A stretch of 63,855 bases of DNA, counting the filler, from Rhabdomonas costata (lineage: Eukaryota): assembly GCA_019059605.1 (NCBI GenBank). It is 18 parts of 18 records of this genome, joined end to end, with 100 filler letters (N's around TTAATTAATTAA, not from the genome) between each part and the next. Parts side by side here need not be neighbours in the genome. Positions count along the whole stretch, not along the records: positions 1 to 3,953 come from JAHMHO010000855.1; positions 4,054 to 7,479 come from JAHMHO010000857.1; positions 7,580 to 11,000 come from JAHMHO010000858.1; positions 11,101 to 14,528 come from JAHMHO010000859.1; 14 more parts are not named here. The stretch is one strand, 5' to 3'. Below, piece by piece: positions 1-11,789 of this stretch (position 1 is the stretch's first letter; every line of letters starts with the position of its first letter). Position numbers and translations under genes: made by a program. The notes under the pieces were generated by a model that saw only the letters and a list, made by a program, of their open reading frames with translations, was not told where the DNA came from and did not search any database.

Positions 1-39
1 GGGTTGGGGTTGGTTGTCTCTTCTTTCTGGTCGTTTCAT

Positions 40-40
<1 letters not shown>

Positions 41-110
<70 letters not shown>

Positions 111-111
111 G
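41..111. repeat. Compound microsatellite (GT)n(GA)n
   Basis: Uninterrupted GT run followed by a GA run. Confidence 0.95.
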
Positions 112-333
112 CGATAGACCTTTCTCAGTCATCATCTTTAGTCTAACGAAACTCCTGCTCTCGTTAGTGCTTCATCGTTGGTCAGTGTAAATTATCCCCC
201 CAGAATTCTTCTACCAAACTTTTTGAACTTTTTCAGGTGCACCTCCATTGCAAACTTCAGTGAGGATACAAACAACCTTCTCAAGAGCCATGCAGCACAA
301 ACCATTGAAAGAAGCTAAGCTGGGGCAAACTAC

Positions 334-3018
334 GATTGTTGATCGGGTTGAACCCCTTCAGAAACTGCGCTCGTAGCTGGGCCACTGTGCGGGCCTCTGG
401 GCAGGCCCAGAACGTCCTCCCGAAGTCACTCCACGTGTCTGGCGCTACCACCACGAACCGCTGTTGCCACAGCGCCAGCAGGGTGACAGTGGAGTTCCAC
501 TCATTGTAGGTATTTGCCGGGAAGATGCCCGTGAGAAGAACCTGTCGGCAGATTGCGAACCCAAACATGAGGTAGGAGTGAGGAAAACGTTCTTCAGAGT
601 ATTGCGAATACTTCCTTTTCTCAGGCCAAGTTTCGCATGAAAGAAGACTTAGGGTAAGACTGCCAACGGTAAGGGATACTCATCATAATGTCAGATTTTC
701 AGCAGCAGAGAGCGCAAAACCCAAACCACAGAAGAAAAGGACGCTCAAGGAACCATAAATTACGGAGGAACGAGACAAGAAGCCAGGCAGAAGACAAATC
801 AAATGAACCAACGGGTTATCACGACATAAAGAAAGGTCAGAAGGTCAGGATACAACGCGAAGAACTGTCCAGTCACCGTTTCGGGCCCGCCGTTCATCGA
901 AAAGACCTCAGGCTTAGCCTATAAAAAACCTGAATAAAAGAAAGGTAGTTGGTGAACACACAATGACCGCCTCACCTGGGCACCCTTTTCGCGCTCGAAG
1001 CTCAGGAGGACTTTGCACTTCACCCAGGAGGCCACTGCTTGGGAAATCCGGACAGTGGCCTGGTCCGCCATGACGTTGATGAAGTCAACCAGACTGAGCA
1101 AAATGCTCACCTACAAAAACCGCACGAAAGTCCTTTTTTGTTTAGTTCAGTTTGCGGTTCATCCCAGAAGCATTCTGAAGCCGTTTCAAAACAACAGCAG
1201 CAATAACCAGAATTTTCGAGCAATATCAAGTCAAAACCCCAACGACATTAACCAAAGATCAAGTAAGAAAACTCCGAAACTCAAGGAAGAGATTCAACAT
1301 ACCCAGCACACCCATATGGACGCCTAAAATAGCTTTCCCAATCTTTTCAGAAGGGAGGCCCTGCTCAGCCCGGCAAACCATGTTGTCATAGTAGTCTTGA
1401 ATGGCGGCAGGACCGTTCTTGAAGTTCTGCACACGGTAACGGAAATCACTAATCTGAGACACCTGAGGTTGAAAGTATTCGATCGAACAGGGATCCCCCC
1501 AAAAGAATTGCACCGAAAATTCGCAAAAAAAAAAATCATACTATTTCGCGTATTTGCTATTTGCAGTGCTGACCGAAAAACTACCAAGGTGGAGACAACC
1601 GGGATAGCATGGTCTCCTGGTCTCCTGGTCTCTGGTTAACAACGGAAATTTTACACGGGAATTCTATTCTATTATCACGCATTTGTTGGCAAAGAACTAG
1701 AACACCCTTTCCTCCTTTCTCCTCTCGACACCTGATACCTGGTCTAAATATTTGGAGATCAAGTACTGCAGGAAGTCGGACATGGAACCGTACCGAACAG
1801 CATTCAACTGCTGACTCATAGACCCTGAGAAGAGGGCATGACGAGGTTGCCCTGAGCAGTCCACAGCAACCCCACGCCAAAATCATCACACATTTTGCAC
1901 ACCCTTCCACCCACCACTCGTGACGCGTTGACCCCCGCACTGAAACAAACAGCACCTACTCCACAGTAAGCGCACGGTACGTCGTGGTGCGTGACAAGCA
2001 GAGCTTACAAAAAGGGCTGTTTTTCAACACCTATGCTTGCATCAGTGAGATTGAACCGCAGTGCAAGGCCGCCTCCAGTGAGTCCGCCATTGTTGAAGGT
2101 CATCTTCGTACCTAACGAATACCTAAAATCGCAGCAGGGAAATTAAAAAAAAACTAGAAAGAAAAGAAACTCCCGACTCTATAGCGATGGGGATTACAAA
2201 CCACGCCCACGGGAAAACAGAAGGCGACAAGCCAGCGTTCCAACTGACCAAGGTGTTCGCACCTCGACAACGAATTGGGGCGTGGGTGGAAACCAAACAA
2301 TGGGCTGCAGAAGGGGTCGAAACCATGTTTTACGTAAAAGCACCGCACCAATTTCTAAAGGGATGGTTCCGCCAGTGGTGTAAGCAACCTCCGCTGCACC
2401 CGTGGTGCAGTCGGCCTGCTTCGGTTATGAGCTACCTTTTCGATGATCCCTTTTACTTATTACTATCACTTTATTATTTTTTTTAATTACTTTGTGCGAC
2501 TTTTTGAAATAGCATAACTGTTGCTATGCGACAATGCTCCGCTGTTTTTGCCTGCGTTGGTCGAGAGGAGTAAAATCGCAGCTTGAAAATGGGGGAGGTT
2601 GTTTTGGGAAGGAGGGATTCGGGGGCCACAAGAACAACGTCAGTGAAAAGGCAGTGGTTTGGTGGATTGGTGTGGGGTTACAAGAAATAAAAGCAAGCCC
2701 CAAAACATCACATCTGCAACTTGAGTAACAATCCATAACATCCAGCCACGCAGTGGAGGATGCGGATCTGAACAACACGGAAAAGCCCGTTTCACTGGTT
2801 GGCAACAGGCAAGAGAAATCGATAAACAACCAAACGCAGTCAGTCTCCTCCTCGGCGAGCTGATGCATGACCCCAAGCGCCCTCTCTTGCAGCTGCGCCA
2901 GGCTCAGGATCTGGGCTGATTTCTGCTGAACAGAGACCTCCATTACGATTCCCCAAATCAGTAGCAGCATGGTGCCGATGAACGGGATCAGCAACACCAC
3001 AACTACTCTGAGCCAAAT
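334..3018 (-). CDS. Transmembrane receptor fragment with a putative NIT (nitrate/nitrite-sensing) domain; partial, 6 exons
   Basis: GT-AG exons 3018-2831, 2122-2031, 1824-1739, 1462-1379, 1110-976 and 541-334 splice in frame. The product has a TM helix (IWLRVVVVLLIPFIGTMLLLIWGIV), then VMHQLAEEETDCVWYSLG..ALRFNLTDASI..FRYRVQ..AIQDYYDNMVSILL..KVLLSFEREKGAQVLLTGIF..WQQRFVVVA..VAQLR. The spacing resembles NIT motifs (HxLQxER, RxxTD, YYxxxI, KExxxxER). Confidence 0.55.
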
Positions 3019-3953
3019 CTGAAAAAGTGGGTGGTTGAAGACCAAAGGCGCTGCAAAATAGGCTTCAGTGCAAAAGTGCAAACAGAACCGAATCTGGAAC
3101 ATTCGCGTACTTTGGAATTCAGCAATGCAGCAGCAACGGCATGATGGCGCCCTTCCACGGTTACAAGGGGCAGTAAACTGCATTGAGCTTCCGCACGAGT
3201 GCTCGAAAACCCCGTGGTGCCCTGGTTGGATGCACCCATGCCTGCATTTAATCACGAACAAAAATGGCAAGCTTTCTTTCTTTCCCTTTTCTCTTTTGCG
3301 CAAAAAGTTATACAAACTTGGCTGCTGTTGTCGTGTGACTGACGACGTCCCCTTTTGCTCTCTTGTTTTCGCTTGTGCGCGTCAAAGTGGAATAGATGCA
3401 AGATAGTTAGAATTTTATCCCACCTGTGTTACTGGGATAATTTCTGTTCGTGCCTTGACGGGAAACTGTATTACGGTAAGGTGCGATTTTTGGACGGTGC
3501 AAGATGAAAAAAAGACCAGAAAAGACGCCATGCTGCAACAACTCGACATGAAATCCTACCCAATGTGACGATTCGAACCCAAATTAACGCAAATTGGCAA
3601 AATGTTAAAAATGTCAGAACGGTGAACGAGAAACAGCTCATGAGCACGTCATTAAAATAACTAATTATGAAAACTTGCCTTATATTCGCGCTTTCATCAA
3701 CAATTTTCCGACGATCCCGCACAACCAAAAATTATGCTACTTTCCGTTACAAAATGAGTCCGATAGCTTTTTCCCAACATTTTTAGTGGCTAAATTTCGT
3801 GTTCAGGGTTTTTTGTAGGGGCTCGTTTTTTCTTTTGAAAGCTCGCTTCCTGGGTTCCTGAAAGTGAGTACTTTATGCTTAATTTTCAAATTCAAGCCAG
3901 AAAATGCTGCTACGCAAAGAGTTTTTGCCAACGAAAGGGCAAGCCAAAAAAAC

Positions 3954-4053
3954 NNNNNNNNNNNNNNNNNNNNNNNNNNNNNNNNNNNNNNNNNNNNTTA
4001 ATTAATTAANNNNNNNNNNNNNNNNNNNNNNNNNNNNNNNNNNNNNNNNNNNN
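3954..4053. other. Artificial contig spacer (N44-TTAATTAATTAA-N44); first of 17
   Basis: The same six-frame-stop linker recurs at about 7480, 11001, 14529, 18055, 21582, 25109, 28633, 32158, 35679, 39205, 42729, 46251, 49770, 53292, 56816 and 60335. Adjacency across spacers has no biological meaning. Confidence 0.99.
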
Positions 4054-4090
4054 AGCGACGCGAATCTGTCAGGGGGGGGGGGCAGCACAC

Positions 4091-4873
4091 CTTCGGCCAC
4101 CTGCATCTCACCGTCACTCATTGCAACATTCTGTATCTCGTTGGTTTTCTCAATCTGCGCCAGAACAGTCTTGATCTGCTCCTCGGTCGAGGAGAGGGCG
4201 GTCTGGATGTTCGTGACGTTCATGATGTCCTCGGCCTGCTTCAGGGTGCTCACGGGAACTTGGGCCAGCTGGGTGGCGTCCAGCTGCGAGCGGCGGAGCT
4301 CCTCCTCAATTTTCTCAACCTTTTGAAAAGTGCGGCAGCGAGGGGGGGGGCGTCTTGCGCAACGAAGGGCACAAGCTGATGAACAAATGCAACCAAAACC
4401 TTATTGATGGCGTTGTCAATCATGCCCGTGAACGACACAATGCGGGTCTTGTTGCGGTTCTGCTTCAGCTCCTGTAGGGTCTTCTTCAGCCCGATGACGT
4501 CCATGAATTGAGGCTTATCTGAAGAAACCGTGTTAGAAAGCAGTCTGAGTGGCAATTTGCAACGGACACCAGCTTCACTTTCAAACATATGTGTGTGACC
4601 TTCCGGCTTGTACAACTCGCGCTGGGACATCTCCAGTCCGCAGACGCGCATTAGCTTGGCAAGGTCATACGCCTGGGTCAGATTCCACTTGGTGCCGACT
4701 TCAACGGCAAGGAGCAACTCAGCGGCCTTGTCATGCGCGGCACCAAGTTTCTGCTTCTGGTTCTCTGACCAGTCACTGACATGAAGCTCCTGAATGTACT
4801 CCTCGTTCTCGAGACAAGCCGTCTTCAGTTTGAGGTTGTGAATCTTCTGCTTGCGCGCCGCCTCGAGGGTGAT
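4091..4873 (-). CDS. PFR1: Major paraflagellar rod protein, PFR1-like; partial, 3 exons
   Basis: Exons 4873-4600, 4518-4400 and 4319-4091 (GT-AG) give ITLEAARKQKIHNLKLKTACLENEEY..YDLAKLMRVCGLEMSQRELYKPEDKPQFMD..QNRNKTRIVSFTGMIDNAINKVEKIEEELRRSQLDATQLAQVP..EKTNEIQNVAMSDGEMQVAE, the euglenozoan PFR signature with PFR1-type residues. Confidence 0.93.
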
Positions 4874-6357
4874 CTGAGCGACATACAGAGACACACAGCA
4901 CTCGGCCCAACCTGAGCCGAATCTCGACCCCGGTGCCGTATGGTACCGACCAAAACCCGGTAGAATGAGCAAACGACGTTTGGTCTCTGCTTCTCACACC
5001 AGCGAGTGGTTGACCGCGTGCACGAGAAGATCAGGTCTTTTTCCGATGGCTTCTGGGGAGACTGGTGGGAGTGAAATCTCTGTTTCTCTGCCCGTGCTAT
5101 TTCCCACCATGGACAACCACTCTCCAGGAGGCATCACAACCCATTGAAACTCCACCACCGTGAGTTCCCCGTGAGGAACGCGCTAACATCTGGTCTGGAG
5201 CACTCATTTAGGCAGTGCAGCCCAGGCAAAACAGGTTCAGCAACATTCAGTGAACTGGTAGTAGAGTTTGACCTGAAAGCACCTGAGACTCCTGGTTGAA
5301 GAGGTTTGCCGTTGCTCAATTATGTTAACGATGGAATTTTTTTTAGATGTTACCACGGCCAGGGTGTTTCTAAAACCACCATTTCCGGGCTTTCACAGCA
5401 CCTAAGCAACTTGTGAATAGCTCGTAAATGGCTGCTGAATACGCACAAACAGTCCAACTATTAACTTAAATGTTATTTGACACATTTATATGGGAAGAAA
5501 AGGTCCAACCTCAGTTTGATCGGCCATTTGCCTTGTTGAACAGCTGTCAATTACAAAATCTTACTATCTACAGGTCTTTGGTTTTTGTGCTGTTGGAAGC
5601 TTCCGGAAATTGTCTAATTGCTTCATTCCATATGCCATCTGTATTTTTTCTCTGGATTTCAAATCTGATTTCAAATCGAATCTGTAGACTTTTGTGGATG
5701 GAAGGCTTGCGCCACTGCTTGCCCGCGATCGCCAGTGTCCGAAGGAACCGTCTGCTTCCTCTCCGGGTTCTTCTTCAGTCCCAGAGCGAATTCGTCGGTC
5801 GGAATTCCACGGGTGTAACGTGACCTGCCGCGGCAAGCGCCGTGATTCATCTGTGCAACTGTATGTTTCAGAATCGACTGTGTTCTGAACGCCCCGCGCA
5901 GGGCACTCGGCTGTTATCTCTGGATGCCGCTGCCGCATTTTTCCCTGATCCATGAGTCTCGTAGTCTGCGCTTTTCTAAACTGTCGAGCCGTGGGGAGCG
6001 ACTTCACGTGGGTGTGAGTGTGAGTGTTCCCTGGCCGTTACATTTGCTAAATGGCCCCCGCTTTTTTCACAGCACCGCAATGAAAAATGCGAAAAAAAAA
6101 AAGGAGATGACATTAAAAAATGCACAAAATTGTCAAGGCGTACAATAAAATTCTGTAGCGGTGATATAACATTCTTCCAAAATGGAAATTGACGCTGTAG
6201 TTTTTTGTACACTTTCGGCGTTGCTGTGAACTGTTGGATCGAGTTTTTTGCAGGTCCGGGATGTCTATGGGTCCAGGTGTTCCATAAAAAAAAGCGCCAT
6301 GAAATTTAGAGAATTTTGTATAAAACTTGGGGAAATTTATTTGGAAATGAGAATATA

Positions 6358-6395
6358 GGAGGCCTGGGGTCTTTTGTATATACAGCAGGCCTCCC
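6358..6395 (+). mobile_element. Short dispersed hairpin element, copy 1
   Basis: GGAGGCCTG-GGGTCTTTTGTATATACAG-CAGGCCTCC forms a perfect 9-bp stem. It shares AGGCCTGGGGTCTTTTGTA with the copies at 21.5 kb and 61.0 kb. It is flanked by the imperfect direct repeat GAAA-TGAGAATATA / GAAACTGAAAAATATA. Confidence 0.6.
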
Positions 6396-7159
6396 GAAAC
6401 TGAAAAATATATTTCCCGCTACAAGATGGGGGACCTGGTAATAAACCAAGCCCGTTCTCGGGGGCTATTTACAAAGGTACATGGTTTGCCGCAGTGCGGC
6501 GTTGCCGGTGTCCCGTTTTCTCGATGGGGCTCGGGCAGCCCGGGCTTGTCGGGCCCGAGGCTTTGGCACCTGACGATCTGTTCCTGTGATGGCGAGCGAG
6601 TTGTGCAAACGTGCTCGAAATGCTCAGTTCTTGCTGCAGGTCACGTACGCAGCAAACAGGGCGGGGTTTGGGCTGATTTTTCCTGGGTCCTCATCGGCTG
6701 CTGCTTTGTCTGCACGGGGCGAAGGCCCCGGCTGCCCCATGGGAAGCAGCGGCCAGAACTCGTAGGGTTGCTGGTGCAGGTGTTCCGCTTGGATTTTCAA
6801 CCACCTCGGCGGCCTTGAAATGCAAGTCAGATTGTCAATTGTGCGTATTCAGGACCCTTTTTACTGATGGTGTAGCGTACCAGGCTGTAGTGACAGCTCT
6901 ATATCCCGCTTCGCTCGGTGAACAATATCTTTCTATAGGTGCACACGGCGGTCTGTGCCACTTGGAGTCCGCATTTCCGAAAATTTCAATAGAAGATTAG
7001 GGACTTTTCTTGAAAATTTCGAACGCTGGCCTGTGTCCATTATTCTCCATCTTCTCCATCTGTCTCCTATTAAAAGCATTTCCTTTTGGCAGATAAAGTG
7101 AGGGAAACGCAGTTGAGTTTCTTTCTGGCATTTGCAGCTGTTTTCTCTTTTTGCAAATC

Positions 7160-7479
7160 ATGTTTATCTCACGTATTGTGCAGAAGCTGCAGACCGACAC
7201 TTCCAACGTTTTGATTTTGGGCTGCGGAGGGGGCTCGGACGTTTACGTGGGACTTCCTTTATACTTTGAGCTTACCGCACTGCAGCAGCCGAAAAATGTG
7301 GTTTTGGCCAACCTTTCTTTTACCCGCGAGCTTGATCAGAAGTGCACCAACAGGCCTTGCACTGGTTGTTACGAGGTGCGGTACTCCGAGTATGAACAAG
7401 CGGGACTGGGCGACGCTTTTGCAGAATTCCGAGGGTTTCCTCAGAATTATTTTCCTGAGTTTCATTTAAGCCGCTTTTT
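7160..7479 (+). CDS. DUF1152-family protein, N-terminal part (truncated by contig end)
   Basis: MFISRIVQKL..NVLILGCGGGSDVYVGLPLYFEL..KNVVLANLSF..NYFPEFHLSRF matches the DUF1152 pattern (GxGGGxDV..LP..LANLSF..YFPE). No intron in the visible part. Confidence 0.7.
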
Positions 7480-10406
7480 NNNNNNNNNNNNNNNNNNNNN
7501 NNNNNNNNNNNNNNNNNNNNNNNTTAATTAATTAANNNNNNNNNNNNNNNNNNNNNNNNNNNNNNNNNNNNNNNNNNNNGTGGGGTGGGCAAGGCCGCGG
7601 TGCGCCTTATAGGGCGGAGTTGAGTGTGGAGTGAATGAAACTTAAAAGACTTGTAAAACTTGTAGGGGAAAGCCCAGCAGAGTCTTTTGTAAGCAAGCAA
7701 ACCAAGAGATTCTTTTCAAGGACGAAGGATCTGGGGGTGCGGTGGGGCGGGTCTGCGAGAGGATTTCAAGCATGTCTTCGATTACTTGCGATTCTCAGAA
7801 TGACAGCGGCGAAGGGTTTGCTATCGCCAACCCTCAGCCGCCAAGCCATCGACGATCCGATAGCAAGTGCTACAGAACCGCAAATACTACCGTCAGCACT
7901 TTGGGCCGGTAGCCTTTGTTATCGAGGAGGCGGATTATATATACCTGAACGGTACAGGGGTTAGTCACCTGTGGAAGCATCTGATGTTAGAAGCATGTGG
8001 TTTGCACATCAAAGCTGTTGGATGAGGACTAATCCGTTGCTGGGAAATGGGCGGACAACAGGGAACATTAATTCAGGGGCGACGCCAGCAATGGCGGCGG
8101 AACAGGCAGCTGGGGTGGGCTAGGCGGGCTAGGCGGGCTAGACAATTTATCTCCAAAAATAATTCTTCCGTCTGTCCGCCTGCAGCAAGGATTATTAGTA
8201 AATGTCGATTACTTGACTCGGTTTTTGATTAAAACCCTAAAACGTCGAAATTGGAGACAAGTTTCACTTGGAAAATGCAAGTTCAAAAGTTCAGCCAAAG
8301 GCAAAGCGCAAAACTGTAACGCTTCATTTTGAAGACCCAACACGAAAACACAAAGGAATAACATTGAAAAAAAGAACGCATGGACCTGAAAATAGCACAA
8401 AGTGTTGCCGGGCTCAGGTGGGACCACTTGCCTTCTTGCACTTTCGGACTCGAGAGAACCGGTCCTTGCCAACAGGCACTTCAAAAAGCGATCCCGGCAG
8501 GGACCAATGAACCATTTCCACTCGCACAGTTCCAAGATGCGGGCTGAAGAAAGTGAGAGGAGTGCTTACGAACGAACGTCAATCGGTGCGTTTCATGTAA
8601 TGTCCCTGGATTCAGATAAAAAAACTCGTAGGCCAGCACAAAGTGGTGATGGAGTCCGGTTTGTAAGAAGCACCTTCTTGAAGATGTTCCTCATCTTTTG
8701 GGAAACCAGAACAGGCGGGGGGACGCGGGAATGGGTAGGAGCGCATGCCTGAAATGCCGCCGTCCCGGGAATTCATGAACAACGGCACCTCTTGAAAATG
8801 GCTAGCAAGGGAACAACTGTCCCTGAGATGACTTGTCGAGTTGGCTAAGTCGACAAGAACAGGCGTGTATTCCGAAAATTTGGCCTCAAAGCTCCAATTG
8901 CCTGGACCACTGTGACAGAGGGCTGGATGCAAAATTCCGCATTCCAGGAGTCTCTGACACAACCCCAAGAATTTCCCTGCTCTTTTCAGGGGACTGAACA
9001 GAAGAAGGGCGACGGCTACTGTGCAACATGCGCCAGAAATCATGTCGAAACCTCTTTCGAAGCAACCCAGCTGCTGAAAATTCACAGCTAAGCAGAAACA
9101 CGACCAGGAGAAGGGTGAATTTTCGGTCATAACTCGCCCTCAGCAAGAAACAGCTAATAATGAACATTCTAAGCTCAAACAGAAAATTGCCTGAAAAACA
9201 GAAATAGTTCGCAAGTAATTCAACAGTTGAACAGTTGGCAAGTAAGATGATCCGAAAACTCCGGTCACCACCGCAACGTACACCCCTGCAGCCAACTTTT
9301 TCTCCAGGGCACTGGACAAACCAGTTTTGTGGGAAAGCCATTCGTTCGTAAGTTTTTCGGGTATCACCAGCTGTCTCAAACAATACACACAAGCACCCAC
9401 ATGAACTCATGCGTCGAGCGAACTCCATGGGCAAAAAGTAACCTAGCCTGAACCGTTTCCTTGTTCGTTTTGTGTAACAATGTGTACCACACCACGAAGG
9501 GAGGTGGGCTCGTTTCAAAGCGTGGCAGGGTTGCCAGGACGTCACTCGTCAGCTTCAAGCCGAGCTTAGTTATCGCACCCGTGCCATCCCCTTCCAATAA
9601 CCCACAGTCAGGCGATCTATTGGAACCTGATTGGATACCTGATTTGTAGAATTGTACCTATTGAAAGTAAGGAAGGCTGACTGCTGAACGCGTTTTTGCG
9701 GCCTCTCTTTTGTTTGTGTTCACTGCCCAAAAATCCCTGTAATCGCTTCCCCTTTTGCTGCCCCTGTACTTGGTCCTTGGAGCTGGAGGGAGCTGGAGGC
9801 CTTTAGCCTTCAACCTGGTTGCATCAATGTGGTCGACGCTCCCTAGCTCTGCGCGCTACAGCGGGGGCTATATGGGTAGGCAAAATGGACAGCAGTTAAG
9901 GCAAATTCGCCGTTAAAGCGAAAATGCAGCAGAGCCCTGTCCAGCATCCATTATGCTTCCAATATACGGTACAATTCTGAAAGCATGTTGATGCAATTTT
10001 ATTTTTATACATTTCTGTGCTGTTTTCGGAAAATCACGGAGGTTGATCTCTCAGTGTGATGGGGATGTCAGTGTTGCATCTGGTAGAGACTGCAGTGCAG
10101 TGCCTGTATGTGCTTGGGTTAGTCGCAGTCTTTTTACATTTCCTCCCCAATTTGTGGACGATGTGCTCCTAAATTAATATGAGAGGACGTACATTTTTAA
10201 TTGATCCATTCCCTAAAACCAAGCTTTGGAATGTTTTGCCCTGTTTTGCCTTACGTGGCGAATTTGCCTTGACGGCTGTTCGATTTGCCTTATTGCAGTG
10301 GCCCGCTGTAGACGAATGAAAACGTATCGTACCAATTGGGCTGATACCACTCCTATTTGAGGGAATTAATTTTCTGTATAAATTTTTTAATTTCATTTTA
10401 ATTTTT

Positions 10407-10603
10407 CATCCCATCTCCCTTCTGATCGGTCTCCGGTCATTCAGAATGTAACCTCCTCCTGCGCACTATAAATTCATCCTTGAATTATAGTTTCCTCCTT
10501 TTTCGGAGGGGGTTAGGTGCACCCCTCTATATCATGCAGGGGTGAGGAGGCGGCCGATCTTTACATGACTTACTCGGCAAAATAACCGGGTTAGGAGATG
10601 ATG
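10407..10603. ncRNA. Candidate highly structured RNA (~195 nt), family unknown
   Basis: Nested complementary segments: CATCTCC 10412-18/GGAGATG 10594-600; CCGGT 10433-37/ACCGG 10585-89; ATGTAA 10446-51/TTACAT 10561-66; CCTCCTC 10452-58/GAGGAGG 10544-50. Three internal hairpins at 10466-90, 10492-511 and 10520-544. Crossing pair GATCGGTC 10424-31/GGCCGATC 10552-59. Confidence 0.35.
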
Positions 10604-11789
10604 CCCGCACCCTCAGTTCCACTGATGGATGGTACTCTTTTTAAATCGGGGGCTGGACTTTTTTCAAAGCTCGCTTTGGGCTCGTTGAAAACGAACCCAA
10701 ACGTTCCAGAAAAAACGTCCCAGAAACCAGCAAGGTGAGGTCTGAATTTACGCACCCAACAACACACAGAACGACCTCGGCGTGAACCAGGAGTGAAGGA
10801 AATACGATTTAGGAGTGAAGGAAATGTGATTGGTATAAAGAATGCACCTGCTGTGTGTTGACAGGGGCGACAGGGGCCAGCCCTCACCCTGCAGATCGGT
10901 CCGTTTTCGCGAGCCTCCCGCAGCGCCCGTACTATTTTGGTGGCGGCCACGCTCGTCAGCTCGTCGCCAAAATTCACCCCTCCTTCCCTTCCAACCACAA
11001 NNNNNNNNNNNNNNNNNNNNNNNNNNNNNNNNNNNNNNNNNNNNTTAATTAATTAANNNNNNNNNNNNNNNNNNNNNNNNNNNNNNNNNNNNNNNNNNNN
11101 GTTTGCCATGCCATTGCTCTCTCCTCCATCTTTTCCTTCTCGACTTATACGGCACCACAGAAACCGACCAATTGATGTTATGCTGCTTTTTATTTTTTGC
11201 TTTCTGATTAGTTCTTCCTAGTTGACGTTCCCTGCGTTGGTATGCTACGATATGGGTTTGGTACCAAAGTCACTGAGTATTGTTTTTTGGGTCTCAGTCG
11301 TACTTTGAAAGCCACGAGCCAGTTGAACTCGCCGGAGAGCCTTTCATTGTTTCATGCTTTGACATCATGGAGGTTCTATACAAACCCCTTTTATTTTCGC
11401 GGAAAACCAGTGCATGGCGTACGTTGCATGTCGTAAACCCCTGCTAACTGTGAGTTGCGTGCACCGAAACCGCAGGAAAACAAAAAAGTACACCAGCCAG
11501 CATGGGTGTACCGTGCTATACAATTCTACAAGCGTGTGTGTATGTGCGTGTGCTTGTGCGTCGAGGGTAAGGCAAAAAAGTGTTTGTGGGAACAAGTGTT
11601 TGTGTGGGGAGGCCAGGTCTGTTCGCTCATTTTCAGTAAGGCCCAGCTACGGGCTGCTGAGGTTCACATTACTCGCAGCGATGCATCCACCCTTTCTTCT
11701 CTTTGGTCATGTTGGTACCTCCTTTCCGATCGCACCTCATTTCCGATCTTCCTTCATTCTTGTGCCCACGGGTGCAACTACACACAAAG

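Noticed and set aside
8612..9600. Chain of overlapping minus-strand ORFs
   Set aside because: No recognisable domain and none of the GC3 bias or splice signals seen in the real exons.
10460..10525. Hammerhead-like GAAAC three-way junction on the minus strand
   Set aside because: There is no CUGANGA core (it reads CUAACCC) and the cleavage triplet would be GUG.
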